A stretch of 64,000 bases of DNA from assembly GCF_964355755.1 (NCBI RefSeq), contig NC_092671.1:20212001-20276000 (forward strand), written 5' to 3'. This DNA comes from Antedon mediterranea (lineage: Eukaryota > Animalia > Echinodermata). The notes beneath the pieces were generated by a model. That model was not told the origin of the DNA. It saw only the letters and a list, made by a program, of their open reading frames with translations, and did no database searches. Position numbers and translations under genes: made by a program. Positions 1-12,500 of this stretch are shown here, one piece after another (positions within the stretch are counted from its first letter, which is position 1; each line of letters begins with the position of its first letter).

Positions 1-13
1 GCCTTCAAAATCT

Positions 14-682
14 ATGCCTTTGAGACCGTCATCAAATGATCAATCTGATGTTCAGCAGTGTACGCAGAATTGTGAAGATCCATCAACAGATGCAGTGACT
101 AGCCGTCACAATGAAGCACCCCCGTCTCATCCTCAACCAGTAATTAAAACATCACATGGTGGTAGAAAACAAACTGTGCTCATAATCGGTGACTCTATTC
201 CAAAACATTTAGTTGGGAGAAGAATGTCTAGTCGTATGAGAGTGATCAACTGCTGTATCCCAGGAAGCAAACTGGAAATGTGGATCAAATTAGCACCTGT
301 GTTAATACAAGAGCAAAACCCATCAAGCGTTATTATACATTGTGGAACAAACAACACAAATGACTGTATGCCGATGAAATGCATCAAACTCATTACTTTG
401 TTATGTAACTGTATCAGGGACGCCGACACATCTATCCATATTGCAATCTCTTCGTTAATTATGCATCAAAACGCAGGTAGATATGCTTGGGTCAAGGAAT
501 TCAATGCTAGGCTACATGACAAGTGCAGTACACTCAACTGGGCATTCATTGACAACTCAAACATCAGTCTACAACATCTTGCCAAGGATGGACTTCACTT
601 GAATGGGTCTGGTATTAAACTTATCGCAATGAACTATATTGCTTTTTTAAGAGATCTTGCATACAACATCCTGCAAACATAA
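14..682 (+). CDS. LINE ORF1, C-terminal SGNH/GDSL esterase-like domain (frame open to the window edge)
   Basis: Motifs IIGDSI, IIHCGTNN, DGLHLN typical of CR1/L2 ORF1 esterase. Confidence 0.85.
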   Translation: MPLRPSSNDQSDVQQCTQNCEDPSTDAVTSRHNEAPPSHPQPVIKTSHGGRKQTVLIIGDSIPKHLVGRRMSSRMRVINCCIPGSKLEMWIKLAPVLIQEQNPSSVIIHCGTNNTNDCMPMKCIKLITLLCNCIRDADTSIHIAISSLIMHQNAGRYAWVKEFNARLHDKCSTLNWAFIDNSNISLQHLAKDGLHLNGSGIKLIAMNYIAFLRDLAYNILQT

Positions 683-3600
683 AGCAATCTCAACAAACAA
701 ATAAAGGTGTAACAGTTGGTACATGTGCCGACTGTTTAAAGTACATAAAATCATGTGAATCACATATTTCATGTAAATGTTGCACATTAGATTTTCATGT
801 AAACTGCGTAATGGTTAAACATAACTTTGACAATTGGTGGTGTTCCGCCTGCTTTATTAAAAATACTGTATCTGAATTACCATTTCTTAATGATCCTATA
901 AACAATGATCTGTATCTTGGTAAAGGGCTTAAAATTACGCATCTAAATATTCAAAGCCTGCGAAACAAAGTTGATCAAATTAATGTACTTTTAGATAAAA
1001 ATAACATTGACATACTATGTTTAACTGAAAGTTGGCTTGATAAGAATATTGATAACACAGAGCTCACTATAAATGGGTATAATATTTGTAGATTTGATAG
1101 GAAAAACAAAATAGGAGGTGGAATTTTGTGTTATATTAAAGAGTGTATTGTACATAAAATAATAACAAATAACATTGCTGACAATGTTGAAAGTCTATGG
1201 ATAGAAATTAATTTACCACATACTAAGCCTTTTCTTGTTGGAACAGTTTACAGACCCCCGAGTGCCAATATAGATTACATAACAGACATTGATAGTTTAT
1301 TCCAACATTATACATCTGAATATGATGAAGTAATTGTACTAGGAGATTTCAACCTTGATATTTCCAAAAAGGTAAATCAAACTAAAATTAAGAATTTAGA
1401 AAATCATAGTAACTTAAAACAATTAATTAATGAGAGTACACGAATCACCGATTCAAGTAAAACAATATTAGATCTTATTTTTGTTTCAAATCTCAAGAAG
1501 TATTCTGAATCAGGAGTTTATAGTCTTGGAATAAGTGACCATTCATTAATTTACTTAATTCGCAAGTATAAAAAAATAAAAGGTCAACCAAAAACAACAA
1601 ATTCTAGGTCTTTTAAAAAGTTTAATGAGAACGATTTCATTGACTCTGTTAAAAAACAAGATTGGAGTTTAGTCATGGAATGTTCTGATGTAGATAAAGC
1701 TTGGGATATTTGGTCAAATTTATTTAATTATGCTTGCAATAAACATGCACCTCGTAGAATTAAGAGAGTAAAAACTTCAATGCCTGAATGGATTACTAAA
1801 GAATACCTAAAATTAACAAAAGATAGAGACTATTATTTTAAGAAAGCTCATAAAACAAATGATGAGGCAGACTGGAATAAGGCAAAAAGTTTGAGGAATC
1901 AAGCAAATAAACTAAATAGATCACTTAAAAAGAAAATTTGTACAGATGCTATAACAGCAAATACCACAAATTCTAAAAAATTGTGGGAAACCATTAAAAA
2001 AATTATTCCTGATAAAAAACAAGCTATCTCCTCTGTTCGGGTTGGTAGTGGACTCTCAAATAATGATAAAGAAATAGCTAATAAATTTAATGATTATTTT
2101 TCTTCTATTGGTAATAATCTTGCTAAGAAACATAATCTACCTTGTAATACTAACACTAACCCTACTAACATTATTTTAAACAATTTTGATTTTCACATTG
2201 TAACTCCTGATTGTGTATTTGATATAATCAATAGCTTTTCAAATAACAAAGCTTCAGGCTTGGATGGTTTTGATGTTAAGCTCTTAAAATTAGCTGGTCC
2301 CATTGTATGTCACTCACTTAATTACATAATAAACTTGTCGTTTATTACAGCAACATTTCCTTGTAAATGGAAAACTGCTAAAGTTACCCCAGTGTTCAAA
2401 GGAGGAGATACATCTGATGTTGGAAATTACAGACCAATTTCAGTATTGCCTATAGTTTCAAAGATAATTGAAAGAATAGTACACAATAAACTTTATTACT
2501 ACTTGTCGGAAAATAATATTTTAAACCCTTGTCAATCTGGTTTTAGACGTAACCATTCAACTAATTATACAACACTCATTGATTTTTCTGACTACATTCT
2601 AAAAAATATAAATGAAGGTAATGTTACAGCTGCTATTTTTTTAGATTTGCAAAAGGCTTTTGACACAACAAATCATAATCTGCTTTTTAGTAAATTAAAA
2701 CAATACGGTGTGCATGGTAATGCCTTAAATTGGTTTATATCATACTTATCAGGAAGATCACAAGTTGTAAATATCAAATCATCTTTGTCATTTTCTAAAC
2801 CTATTACTGTTGGTATACCACAAGGGTCAATTCTTGGGCCATTGCTTTTTATAATTTATGTTAATTCTTTACCAGATGTGATAAATAATAAATGTATCAT
2901 GTATGCAGATGATACAACAATATTATGTTCCTCATCTGATCCAGTTCTTCTACAGAACATGATTAATCAAAATGTTAGTAAGTTCACTACCTGGTTTGAT
3001 AACAATTTACTAACCCTCAATATAAAGAAAACAAAATTTATGTTATTTGGAACTAGAATATCACTTAGTAAATTCAATAATATTTCTGTTTCTATTAATG
3101 GCAATGATGTCGAAAGAGTTGACAATTTTAAATATCTTGGACTTACATTTGATTCATTTATGTCATGGAAACAGCATGTTGAACAAGTAGCTTCTAGAGT
3201 ATCACAACGTATCGGTATTATTCGTAGATTAAGATATTATATTCCAAATTTTGCTTTAAGACTACTTGCTAATGCAATAGTATTACCCTGTTTTGATTAC
3301 TGTAGTAATGTTTGGTCAAATTGTAACTTAGAACTTGTTAATCGTCTTCAAGTACTTCAAAATAGAGTAGCTAGAATCATTCTTTATGCTGATATGTACA
3401 CCCCTATAACAGAATTGATGTCCTCACTAAAATGGAAGAGTGTCCATGACAGATGGGAAAATGATTTATTAATTACGTTATTTAAATGCATACAGGGTTT
3501 AGCACCATCTTATTTAGCAAATCTATTCAAATTTATGGACACTTTTCACACAAAAAATACAAGAAGTCAATCAACTAAAACTCTAAATGTTCCAGCATGG

Positions 3601-3723
3601 AACAATATTTATGGAAAGAGAATGTTTAATTATAGAGCATCAACCTTATGGAATAATCTTCCTGTACATATCCGTAAAAATTATGAGACATTTAGTCAAG
3701 TTGAATTTAAACATCTTGTATAA
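619..3723 (+). CDS. LINE ORF2: PHD finger + APE endonuclease + reverse transcriptase, uninterrupted
   Basis: Frame open from 619, first ATG 811. Translation from 721 gives CADC...CKCC...FHVNC...WWCSAC (PHD); HLNIQSL, LTESW, VYRPP, GDFN, SDH (APE); YRPIS, DLQKAFD, PQGSILGP, YADD (RT). Confidence 0.93.
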   Translation, partial: TYRNELYCFFKRSCIQHPANIKQSQQTNKGVTVGTCADCLKYIKSCESHISCKCCTLDFHVNCVMVKHNFDNWWCSACFIKNTVSELPFLNDPINNDLYLGKGLKITHLNIQSLRNKVDQINVLLDKNNIDILCLTESWLDKNIDNTELTINGYNICRFDRKNKIGGGILCYIKECIVHKIITNNIADNVESLWIEINLPHTKPFLVGTVYRPPSANIDYITDIDSLFQHYTSEYDEVIVLGDFNLDISKKVNQTKIKNLENHSNLKQLINESTRITDSSKTILDLIFVSNLKKYSESGVYSLGISDHSLIYLIRKYKKIKGQPKTTNSRSFKKFNENDFIDSVKKQDWSLVMECSDVDKAWDIWSNLFNYACNKHAPRRIKRVKTSMPEWITKEYLKLTKDRDYYFKKAHKTNDEADWNKAKSLRNQANKLNRSLKKKICTDAITANTTNSKKLWETIKKIIPDKKQAISSVRVGSGLSNNDKEIANKFNDYFSSIGNNLAKKHNLPCNTNTNPTNIILNNFDFHIVTPDCVFDIINSFSNNKASGLDGFDVKLLKLAGPIVCHSLNYIINLSFITATFPCKWKTAKVTPVFKGGDTSDVGNYRPISVLPIVSKIIERIVHNKLYYYLSENNILNPCQSGFRRNHSTNYTTLIDFSDYILKNINEGNVTAAIFLDLQKAFDTTNHNLLFSKLKQYGVHGNALNWFISYLSGRSQVVNIKSSLSFSKPITVGIPQGSILGPLLFIIYVNSLPDVINNKCIMYADDTTILCSSSDPVLLQNMINQNVSKFTTWFDNNLLTLNIKKTKFMLFGTRISLSKFNNISVSINGNDVERVDNFKYLGLTFDSFMSWKQHVEQVASRVSQRIGIIRRLRYYIPNFALRLLANAIVLPCFDYCSNVWSNCNLELVNRLQVLQNRVARIILYADMYTPITELMSSLKWKSVHDRWENDLLITLFKCIQGLAPSYLANLFKFMDTFHTKNTRSQSTKTLNVPAWNNIYGKRMFNYRASTLWNNLPVHIRKNYETFSQVEFKHLV

Positions 3724-3936
3724 CTTCTATTGTACATAGTTTTAATATTGCTTTTACTTTTATTTTTCTTGTATTTTTTTCCAAATCTGGACCTCTTGGG
3801 AGACCAGTACTTGTGTATTGAAAGAGCTATTCCAGAATAAAGAAAGATTTGTATTGTATTGTATTGTAAATGATAATAAAAATCAGAAAGTTCTTGCATA
3901 TATATTATTTATGGGCCTTTCTTCAGTACAAGAAAA

Positions 3937-3947
3937 TGGTAGCAGAG
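3937..3947 (+). promoter_or_regulatory. Primer-binding site complementary to initiator tRNA-Met 3' end
   Basis: TGGTAGCAGAG a few nt downstream of the LTR-like CA end and upstream of gag. Confidence 0.7.
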
Positions 3948-4099
3948 CTAGCGAGGTTAGATAGACCAATTAAAACAAATTAAACTTTAAAGAACCAACA
4001 TTTTTAGGCTGAAAGTTGTGAGCCTATAGTTGCAACGAAGCACGTGAGTAAAGTGCATGTGCATGCTTCTAGCGAAACGTCATAAACAAAATGTAAGAC

Positions 4100-4870
4100 A
4101 TGGAGAAACGAAAAAAAGATATAAAAATACTACGAAGAAATAGAAAAGGACAGTTAACAAGGATTACAAACACAATAAATGTTTTCTGTCAGAAGGAGGA
4201 ACTAGAGAGAGACATTGAGTTAATACAGAACTTATTTAAGAAAGCAAACGAGGTATTTGAAACAGTAGAGAGGGCTCACGACAAGATTGTGGAAATGATA
4301 AACTTGGAAGATGAAGAACAATTTGAGGAAGCGGAGAAGTGGATGCAAGATTGCCAAAGGGATTTTCTAGAGGTGATACATGAGACTAAGAGGGTGCTGG
4401 AGCCGCCAGTCAGGGGAACAGTGACAGAAGAGACTGACAAAGTTATAGTAGAAGAGGACAGTGAAAACGTTGATCAGAGAAAGATGGAAATAATAAGGTT
4501 AACAGTAATGATATGGATGCTATGGCCGCATTCAAATTAGCCCTAGAACTTCCAAAAGCGGAAGTGAGAGAATTCCATGGGGATCCGGGAAACTATTGGG
4601 CTTTTATACAAAATGTTGAGATAAATGTAGCAAGTAAGTTAACATCAGATAATGCAAAATTACAATACCTTCTAAAGTTATGTAAAAATAAGGCAAAGGA
4701 AAGTATAGTAAGTTGTCCTCTATTAGGAGAAGAAGGCAAGCTAAATGGGCTAATGCTGCACAATCAATACTTAGTGAAAGGGAACCAAGTTTCTTGGATA
4801 TGTTAAAATTTGTAGAGAGTCAAGCTGCAGTAAACAGCAATATGTTTGGAAGAAATATTAGCACTACAGC
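4100..4870 (+). pseudogene. gag: BEL gag N-terminal part (frameshifted)
   Basis: LPKAEVREFHGDPGNYWAF..KLQYL motif; reading frame resumes at 9283 after removing the hAT insertion. Confidence 0.8.
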
Positions 4871-7800
4871 CAGTGGCGGATCTAGCGGGGGGGGGGGCTT
4901 AAGGGGCGTATGCCCCCCCCCCCCTATTTTTGTAAGATTTTTTTTGTTTCGACGGTCATCAATCAACGATGGTTTGCACATTTTCATAGTGAAAATAATA
5001 TGTTGTACATTGATAAAGCACATTGTCAGCTCGATCGCATTCCACCAAGCTGGTACGTCGACATCCCTTGTGTACTATCAATCTCTAGCGTTACCAACGA
5101 TCAAGCAATTTGATAAAAGCCACGTGTGAGCTTGGTCGCGTTCCACTAATAAGCAGGTCGGCATCCTTTGTGATCGTCACTCCCGTATTGTAGACTAGCG
5201 GTACCTCCGACGATCAATCACAGTCAATTAATAGAGTTGAGGAAGCCACGTGGTCAGTTTTCACGAAGTGCTACTATACTACGCGCCCATTTATTATTAA
5301 GTACAATAAAAACAAAGGCTAGGCCTTATTATATTAAAATATTTGGTTTAAATATCATTTTGTCATCTAGTGTGCATAAATGACTGTTAATATGTTGTTT
5401 TGGACCAAATTGCTGCACGTAGAAACGTGTGGCGCGCGTTGTGAAAACGAAAGTGACGTCGTTAGAAACTGATATAAACAGCATGTTAATGTAGGGTGTT
5501 ATCGAATTTGATTGAGAGGGTTTAACCACATGCAACAGAGAAGACATTGTTCATTTAGGTATAATTATATACAATTTATATTATCTCTATTTCTCTCATT
5601 TGTTTATGTCAAAAATATTCGTACTGCGGTTTATTTGATCTACATATATACACATACCAACTTTGCAGATTTCAGTTTTTCACCATTTTGTCCGAATACA
5701 TGATTTGTATTAGAACGACTTTGATACCGGTATAGGCCTACTATATTTATTAATATTTCATCAAGCCAAGATGGCTGCTAAACGTGGTGGACAGACTTCA
5801 CTAACGGCATATTTCGTGCCTAAAGTTGGTAGGTAATCATTGTTAATCAGTTTTTACTCAAACCCGGACTCATTAGGATCTCTAGACCTATATCCACATG
5901 TCATTTTGTGGTCTAGACTAGATTTTTGGTAGGATTTACAGTTAACTTGAACTCTTATAATTCAAATAATACAGGTAATAGGAAATGCTCACGCCTGTAT
6001 TATAACAATTTTAATATACTATATTAATTTCCATCACAGCTAGAGTAGAGGAGGATGACAATACTAGTGTTGAGGACTCATCTGATGACAGTGGAAACTG
6101 GTGCCGATTTACAAATCGTGGGCCGTGACAACGAACCAAATACAGGTATTTCATTTTTTAGATATTTTAAGAAAATTGTGTGTGAGCAGACACATACCAT
6201 TTCCTCATACCCACATACTCTCATTGAATTTAATAATATTCGTCTTCTGTACTAAACTTTATAATAATTTCGGATACATTCTTTCATGAATCTTCTCGTG
6301 AATTTCAGAGCCAATACAGGAGGTTCGAAATCAGGACATCGCATATGTCGTGGATGGAACCATAAATGTAGATAACGATGAAATGAAGGCTTATTTTATC
6401 AACAATAGGAAACCTAAACAAGCATTTAAGTTTCCAGCGAAAATTTATAAAGATAAACGTAACAAATCTGGTGAAATGAAGCGACACTGTAAGCACGAAT
6501 GGTTTGATAAATACAAATTCTTGCTTATTCATCCGCGTTGGATGGTCTTTTTTGTATCTGCTGCGTACTTTTCCCTGTAAATGCGCATCAAGGAACACGT
6601 GCAAAAAATCTTATTGAAATGCCATATCAAAACTGGAAAAAAGCGCTAGAACATTTTGCAACACATTCTTTACATGAATACCATAAGGATTCTTTAACTA
6701 GGATGAACTCATTTATGTCTACCTATAATGAACCTCCAACTCGCATTGATCAAAGTATATCTGTCGGAGCAGCCGCTGCTGTTGAAAGAAACAGACGTTT
6801 CTTGAAATCTATTTTGCGGGCTGTTGAATATTTGGGAAGGCAAGGATTAGCATTTAGGGGGCATCGGGACGACGGAGTAGGTCTCGAAGATAACATAAAC
6901 AAGGGGAATTTTAAGGCTTTATTAAATGTAATGTGTGAGACAGACGAATCGTTGCGCTGCCACTTAGAAACATGCAACAAGAATGCATCTTACATTTCAA
7001 AAACTACCCAAAACAACCTTCTAGATTGCATTCGGGATTCAATACAGGCAGATATTGTGAATCAAGTTAAAAGCCAGGTAAACGGCCCTTATTTCGGAGT
7101 TATTGCCGATGAAGTAAATGACAGTGCTAACTGGAAACAGTTGGGTATTGTTATTCGTTATGTGAGGAAAGATAATGTACCAGTTGAGAAGTTGATAGAG
7201 TATGTGAAGTGTGAGAACATTAGAGGTGCAACTATTGCGGATCTCATAATTACTTGTTTGAATAACGCTGGGCTTGATGTAATGTACTGTTGTTCACAAA
7301 CTTATGACGGAGCCGGAAATATGGCTGGCAAGCAAAACGGTGCAGCTGCGCAATTCAAAGTAAAAACTGGAAATGAAAAGGCCGACTACTACCATTGCGC
7401 CTCTCACGAGCTCAATCTTGCATTATCCAAGTCAACCAAGGTTCCAGAAGTGTATAACATGGTTTGCTTTCTTCAAACCTTAGGAAGATTTTTTATTAAT
7501 TCTGCGAAACGCCAAGGATTTCTTGAACAGATAATAAAAAGTAAAGTAGATGAGAAGCGCTTTAATGTCATGAAGAAAAAGGTAAAGCCGTTGTGTGAAA
7601 CAAGATGGGTAGAGCGCCATACTGCCTTTGAAGATTTACACATTCTCTATGAATATATTGTAGAGTGCATGATCCGCATTTCCCGCAATGCCGATAGGAT
7701 GTGGGATCTGTCAGTGACAGAGGCAAATGGAATCCATAGACAGCTCACTGAATCGAAATTCTTTGTTTCTTTTTATGTATGCCGGTTTCTTTTGGGCTTC

Positions 7801-9277
7801 ACTAAATCGCTTTCTGTTCAACTTCAGGGAACAATTATGGACATTGTTCGTGCATACGAACATGTTGATTTAGTAACAAAAGAACTTGAAGCAGTCCGCC
7901 ATTCACAAGAGAAAGAGTTTGGTGAAATATTTCAACTTTGTACAGAAATGGCTGAGAAAGTTGGAAAAGTCGTTACAAAACCGCGCACTGTAATCTATCA
8001 GACATTGCGTTCAAATGTGGAGAGTACATCACCGGAAGAGTACTGGCGAAGAACAGTATTTCTTCCGTTTATTGACTGTCTCATTAGTCAGTTAAATGCC
8101 AGGTTTCTGGGTAGAGCATCATCTGCAATGAAGGCTCTCTACCTTATACCAAATAATTTAGGAAAAAGCGATAGTTTTGAGGCTCCCATAATTGAGCATT
8201 ATGAGGACGACCTGCCCAGTACTTCAAACTTTAGCCAGGAGTTAAGGTTATGGTCCCGCCATCTTCCACGAAACCTGATACCATCATAGAAACCCTAAAT
8301 ATGGTACAGCATAACGGTTTGGAAAACTTGTATCCAAAAATACTTGCAATATTGAGGATACTTCTAACTATGCCGTCAACAAGTGCAAGTGTTGAGCGGG
8401 CCAATTCCTCACTGAAATATATTAAGAACCAATACCGTAGCCGCATGAGCGAACCACGCCTGAATGCCCTAATATCGATGTTTGTACACAGAGACATAAA
8501 TCTTGATTTTGATAAAATTATAGATATGTATGCCAGAAGACACCCTAGAAGAATGCTCTTCATCAATCCACTTGGAGATATGTAGAGTCCGTTAATGTGA
8601 TAAGTCTAACGTAAATGGGTTTTTTTTTTGGTGACGGTAGGCCTATGTGCAATGAAAATTATCCCGTTAGGCCTGGATTTTATTAAAACGTATTACTATT
8701 AAAATATTAACAATGCTGCAGCATTTCATGACCATTGTTGTTTTATTTGCTGTTCCGTCGATCATTTCTCGTAAACAAATCGCGATGACAAAAGAGTTGC
8801 AGGTGTTTTGTTTTTTTAAAATCACTAAATATAATGTTAATGATGATCGAGCCGGACCGCTAATTTTTAAACGATCGTTTAAACCAGGCCGGCCACACAC
8901 ACACATGCAACCGCGATCGTCGATCGACCCGGCATGTAAGAAAATAATACCGGCCTAGGCTAGGACAAGTTTAATGCTTATAAAAAGCTGAAAAACATCG
9001 TCGCGTTGTAAAAATTTAGATGTAAAGTACAGGCAAGTTGTTAGCTTGCTTTGGTACCCTGGGAAAGTATCAGCTGCATGTTCCACATGTCGTAATTTGC
9101 GAGCTTTAGAGTGTTTGGTAAATGGCATTATGAGATGTTTTAAATCGTTTTAAACGACTTACAATGCGCTAGAACGCCAAAATTTCCTTTGGCGGCCCCC
9201 TGGCCCCCAGCCTATGTTTGCTCGCTTCGCTCGCAAAGCTACGCCCCCCCTATTCAAATATCCTAGATCCGCCCCTG
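4871..9277 (+). mobile_element. hAT DNA transposon (Tip100/ZMYM-PRKRIR-like transposase) inserted in BEL gag
   Basis: TIRs CAGTGGCGGATCTAG / CTAGATCCGCCCCTG; flanking duplication ACAGC; internal transposase. Confidence 0.92.
5771..8585 (+). pseudogene. hAT transposase, 3 exons (5771-5828, 6040-6145, 6309-8585), with about 3 frameshifts
   Basis: GT-AG introns in phase 1 join MAAKRGGQTSLTAYF to the VDGTINV frame; TTF-type zinc finger (WF..LFCICC), RGHRD, ADE, YDGA, HCASHELNL, ETRW, C-terminal dimerisation motif SASVERANSSL. Confidence 0.85.
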
Positions 9278-9548
9278 ACAGCTAATGAAAATAAGAGTAA
9301 TAAATTTCGAGTAGTAAACACAGATTTTAGAGGTAAAAAGGCTTACAGTCATAGTTGTGCACAAGGGAAAAGCCTAGTGAATCACCTTTGTTTACATGTG
9401 TATGTTGTAAGAAAAACCATAAGTTATGGGAATGTGTAAAATTCAGACAACTATCCATCAATGAAAGATGGAATATTGCTAGCCAAGAAAAATTGTGCTT
9501 TAAGTGTCTATGTAAAGTAAACATAGGGCAGTTGATTGTAAACGGGTT

Positions 9549-12500
9549 ATGTCCTGTGGTATAAATGGGTGTAAGAATGACCATAATAGGTTGTTACATA
9601 GAGAAAAAGTTAAAAAAGAAAGTAATTTTGAAACTGTAGAGGTAGGAGTTGCCAGGGAAGGGGAGCATAAAGTAACTAAAACAGAAACAGGGACAAACAC
9701 TACATTGTTAAGTAAAAACCAATCTATTGCTTTGCGAACCATACCAATCATAGTTAGTAATGGAAAGAAAAGAATAGAGGTGAATGCATTATTAGATGAT
9801 GGTAGTACTCAGACATATGTTAATGAAGAGTTATGTGGAGAGTTGGGTCTCAGTGGAGTAACAGAAGAGATGGCTGTGAGTTTGTTAAGTGGTAAGGAGG
9901 AAAGATTTGTGACTACGCCAGTTGAGATATTTGTATTACCGTTGGATGGATCAAAGTGAATGCAGTGACTATATAAAGTGATGTTACTTGTAGACAAGAA
10001 GCGTCAGATTGGAGTGGTGTTAGTAAGGATTGGAATCATTTGAGTGACATAGAATTTCCTGTGATAAGTATTCAGAGAAAAGAGATAGATTTACTAATTG
10101 GAGTGGATTGTCCAGAGTTGCATACAGCATTAGAAGAAAAATGTGGGGGTCCCGGAAAACCTGTTGCGAGAAGAACACCGTTAGGTTGGACGTGTGTTGG
10201 TCCTTTGAGTAGAAGTTGGCGAACAACATCACTACATGTGAATACTTACAAAACCAGTAGGGAACGAAGTAATGATGTGGACGAGTTGATGAGGAAGTTT
10301 TGGGAAGTAGATAGTTATGGAGTAAGTGATTTTAAAATATATAAAGCTGAAGATGAAATAGTGATTCAAAAAGTGTCAGAGTCATTGACAGCTGTTGATG
10401 GGCGATACAGTGTGAATATTCTGTGGCGGGAAGAAGGATTAAATATGGATAACAATTATGAGATGGCCTTTAAGAGATTAGAGTGTCTAGAAAGAAAATT
10501 AACTAGAGACAAGATGTTAGGCGATAATTATCAGAACGTTTTAGATAATTACAGATCCAAAGGCTATGTCAGAAAAATAGACCAATCCCTAACAGAACTA
10601 AATCAATGGTTTCTACCACATTTCCCAGTAGTTAAACCCGATAGGGAAACAACGAAAGTTAGGTTAGTGTTTGACGCCGCGGCGCGTTATGGGGGAAGAT
10701 GTTTGAATGATATGATCTATCCCGGGCCTAAATTTCAGAACGATTTATTTGATGTTACTAAGATTTAGAAAGGAAAAGGTAGCGATTATTTGCGATATTG
10801 CAGAAATGTATCTCCAGATTGGAGTGCAACCGGAAGATAGGAAAATGCTTACGGTAGGTTTTTGTGGCGAGATTTAGACACAGAGCGGATGCCAGAAATT
10901 TATGAGTTCAATCGACTAGTGTTTGGTCTTAATGTTGCGCCATTCTTAGCTCAATTTGTAACTCAGGAACATGCACGAAAAAATTCTAAAGAGTATCCCC
11001 TAGCAGCACAGGCTGTTTTAGACTCTACCTACATGGATGATACCATGACCTCGGTTAAAAATGAGCAAGAGGCAATAGAGTTATATAGAGAGCTGAAAGA
11101 ATTATGGGGAAACGCGGGTATGAGTGCTAGAAAATGGGTTTCAAATTCAAAAGCGGTACTGGAAAAAATACCAGAAGTAGATAGAGCTAAAAAAATCAAA
11201 TTAAGTGGGAACGAGTTACCTTCAGCAAAAACCTTAGGTTTAATATGGAAAGCCGAGGAAGATACATTTAAGTTTCAAGGAGGTTCTGGTCCTTCTAATG
11301 TCTGTAAGTTAACCAAGAGATTAGCTTTGAGTAGAATTGCTTGATCCACTAGGGATTTTGGCTCCTGTAGTAGTCGCAGGCAAGATAATAATGCAGGAGA
11401 TTTGGGCAAATGGATTAGACTGGGATGAAGATTTGTCCCCTGATGTAGGTCAGAAATTAGAACGATGGATAGCAAATTTGGGCGAATTAAAAGATATAGA
11501 AATAGAAAGATGTATAAACCCAGGTGAGCGCGAGAATCAAGAGTTGCATACATTTGTTGACGCGTCAAATGACGCTTATGCGGCGGTTTTGTATTCAGTG
11601 TCACAGAATGATAACGATGTTAAAAAAAGAAATGTAAGATTAGTCGCGTCAAAAACGAAAGTAGCTCCTCTTAAATCCATGAGTATCCTCAGACTGGAGT
11701 TGATGGTAGCAATGTTAGGTTTAAAGCTTGTGAAATCTGTTAAATCCGTTACAATGTCAACTAAAGGAAGTGAAATTTTGGGGTGACAGTATGAATGTAT
11801 TGTGGTGGATTCAAGGTCATAGTAGAGATTTTAAGCCGTTCGTTGCTAATCGAATTGGTGAAATACAAGGTCAAACAAAACCTAGTCAATGGAGATATAT
11901 ACCCACTAAATTAAACCCTGCGGATGTGGCTTCGCGAGGATGTACTGTTATAGAGTTGCAGCAGAATGAACTTTGGTGGCGAGGTCCTGAATTCTTGAGT
12001 GATTGTGAGATGCAATGGCCAGAAAATAAGATTGAGAAAGTGATAGATGAAATAGAGATTAAGAAAAGAACGAAAACGTTATTGAGTAAAGTGGTACCAA
12101 GAGTGAAAAGTGATAACTGGAGATTAAACCCAATAAGGTACTCTAGTTGGAATAAGTTAGTGTGTGTATTTGTGTATGTGATGCGTTTTATAAATAACTG
12201 TAGGTTAAAAGACAAAGTCAGAGGACCATTAAATGTAGATGAGGTTAAGGACTCGGAAATTGCCATAATTCAAAAGGCACAGGGTGATGAGTTCTCAGAC
12301 GAAATTAAGAGATTAAGTAAGGGTGAAATACTAAGTACAAAGAGTAATATAAGTGGATTGAATCCTCGAATGGATGTTGATTATTTGCTTAGAGCAAATG
12401 GACGTTTAAGTCTAAATGAGGCGATATCATATGATGTAAGATATCCCATTATATTACCGAGGAAACATCATGTCACTAAATTAATTGTAAAAATGTATCA

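Larger units (their letters stand above)
1..3868 (+). mobile_element. CR1/L2-group non-LTR retrotransposon (Crack/Daphne-like), 5' end outside window
   Basis: Esterase-type ORF1, PHD-APE-RT ORF2, short 3' UTR with AATAAA (~3836) and (TTGTA)n tail at 3849-3868. Confidence 0.9.

Noticed and set aside
14-682. Stand-alone host SGNH esterase or horizontally acquired gene
   Set aside because: Directly abuts APE-RT; esterase domains are a known part of CR1/L2 ORF1
6082-6105. CTGATGA..GAAA as another hammerhead (also CTGATGA at 22914)
   Set aside because: No stem II or NUH cleavage context; both lie in transposase coding sequence
6538-8289. Host PRKRIR/THAP12 or ZMYM1-like gene
   Set aside because: Enclosed by TIRs and a target duplication inside BEL gag, and frameshifted: a transposon
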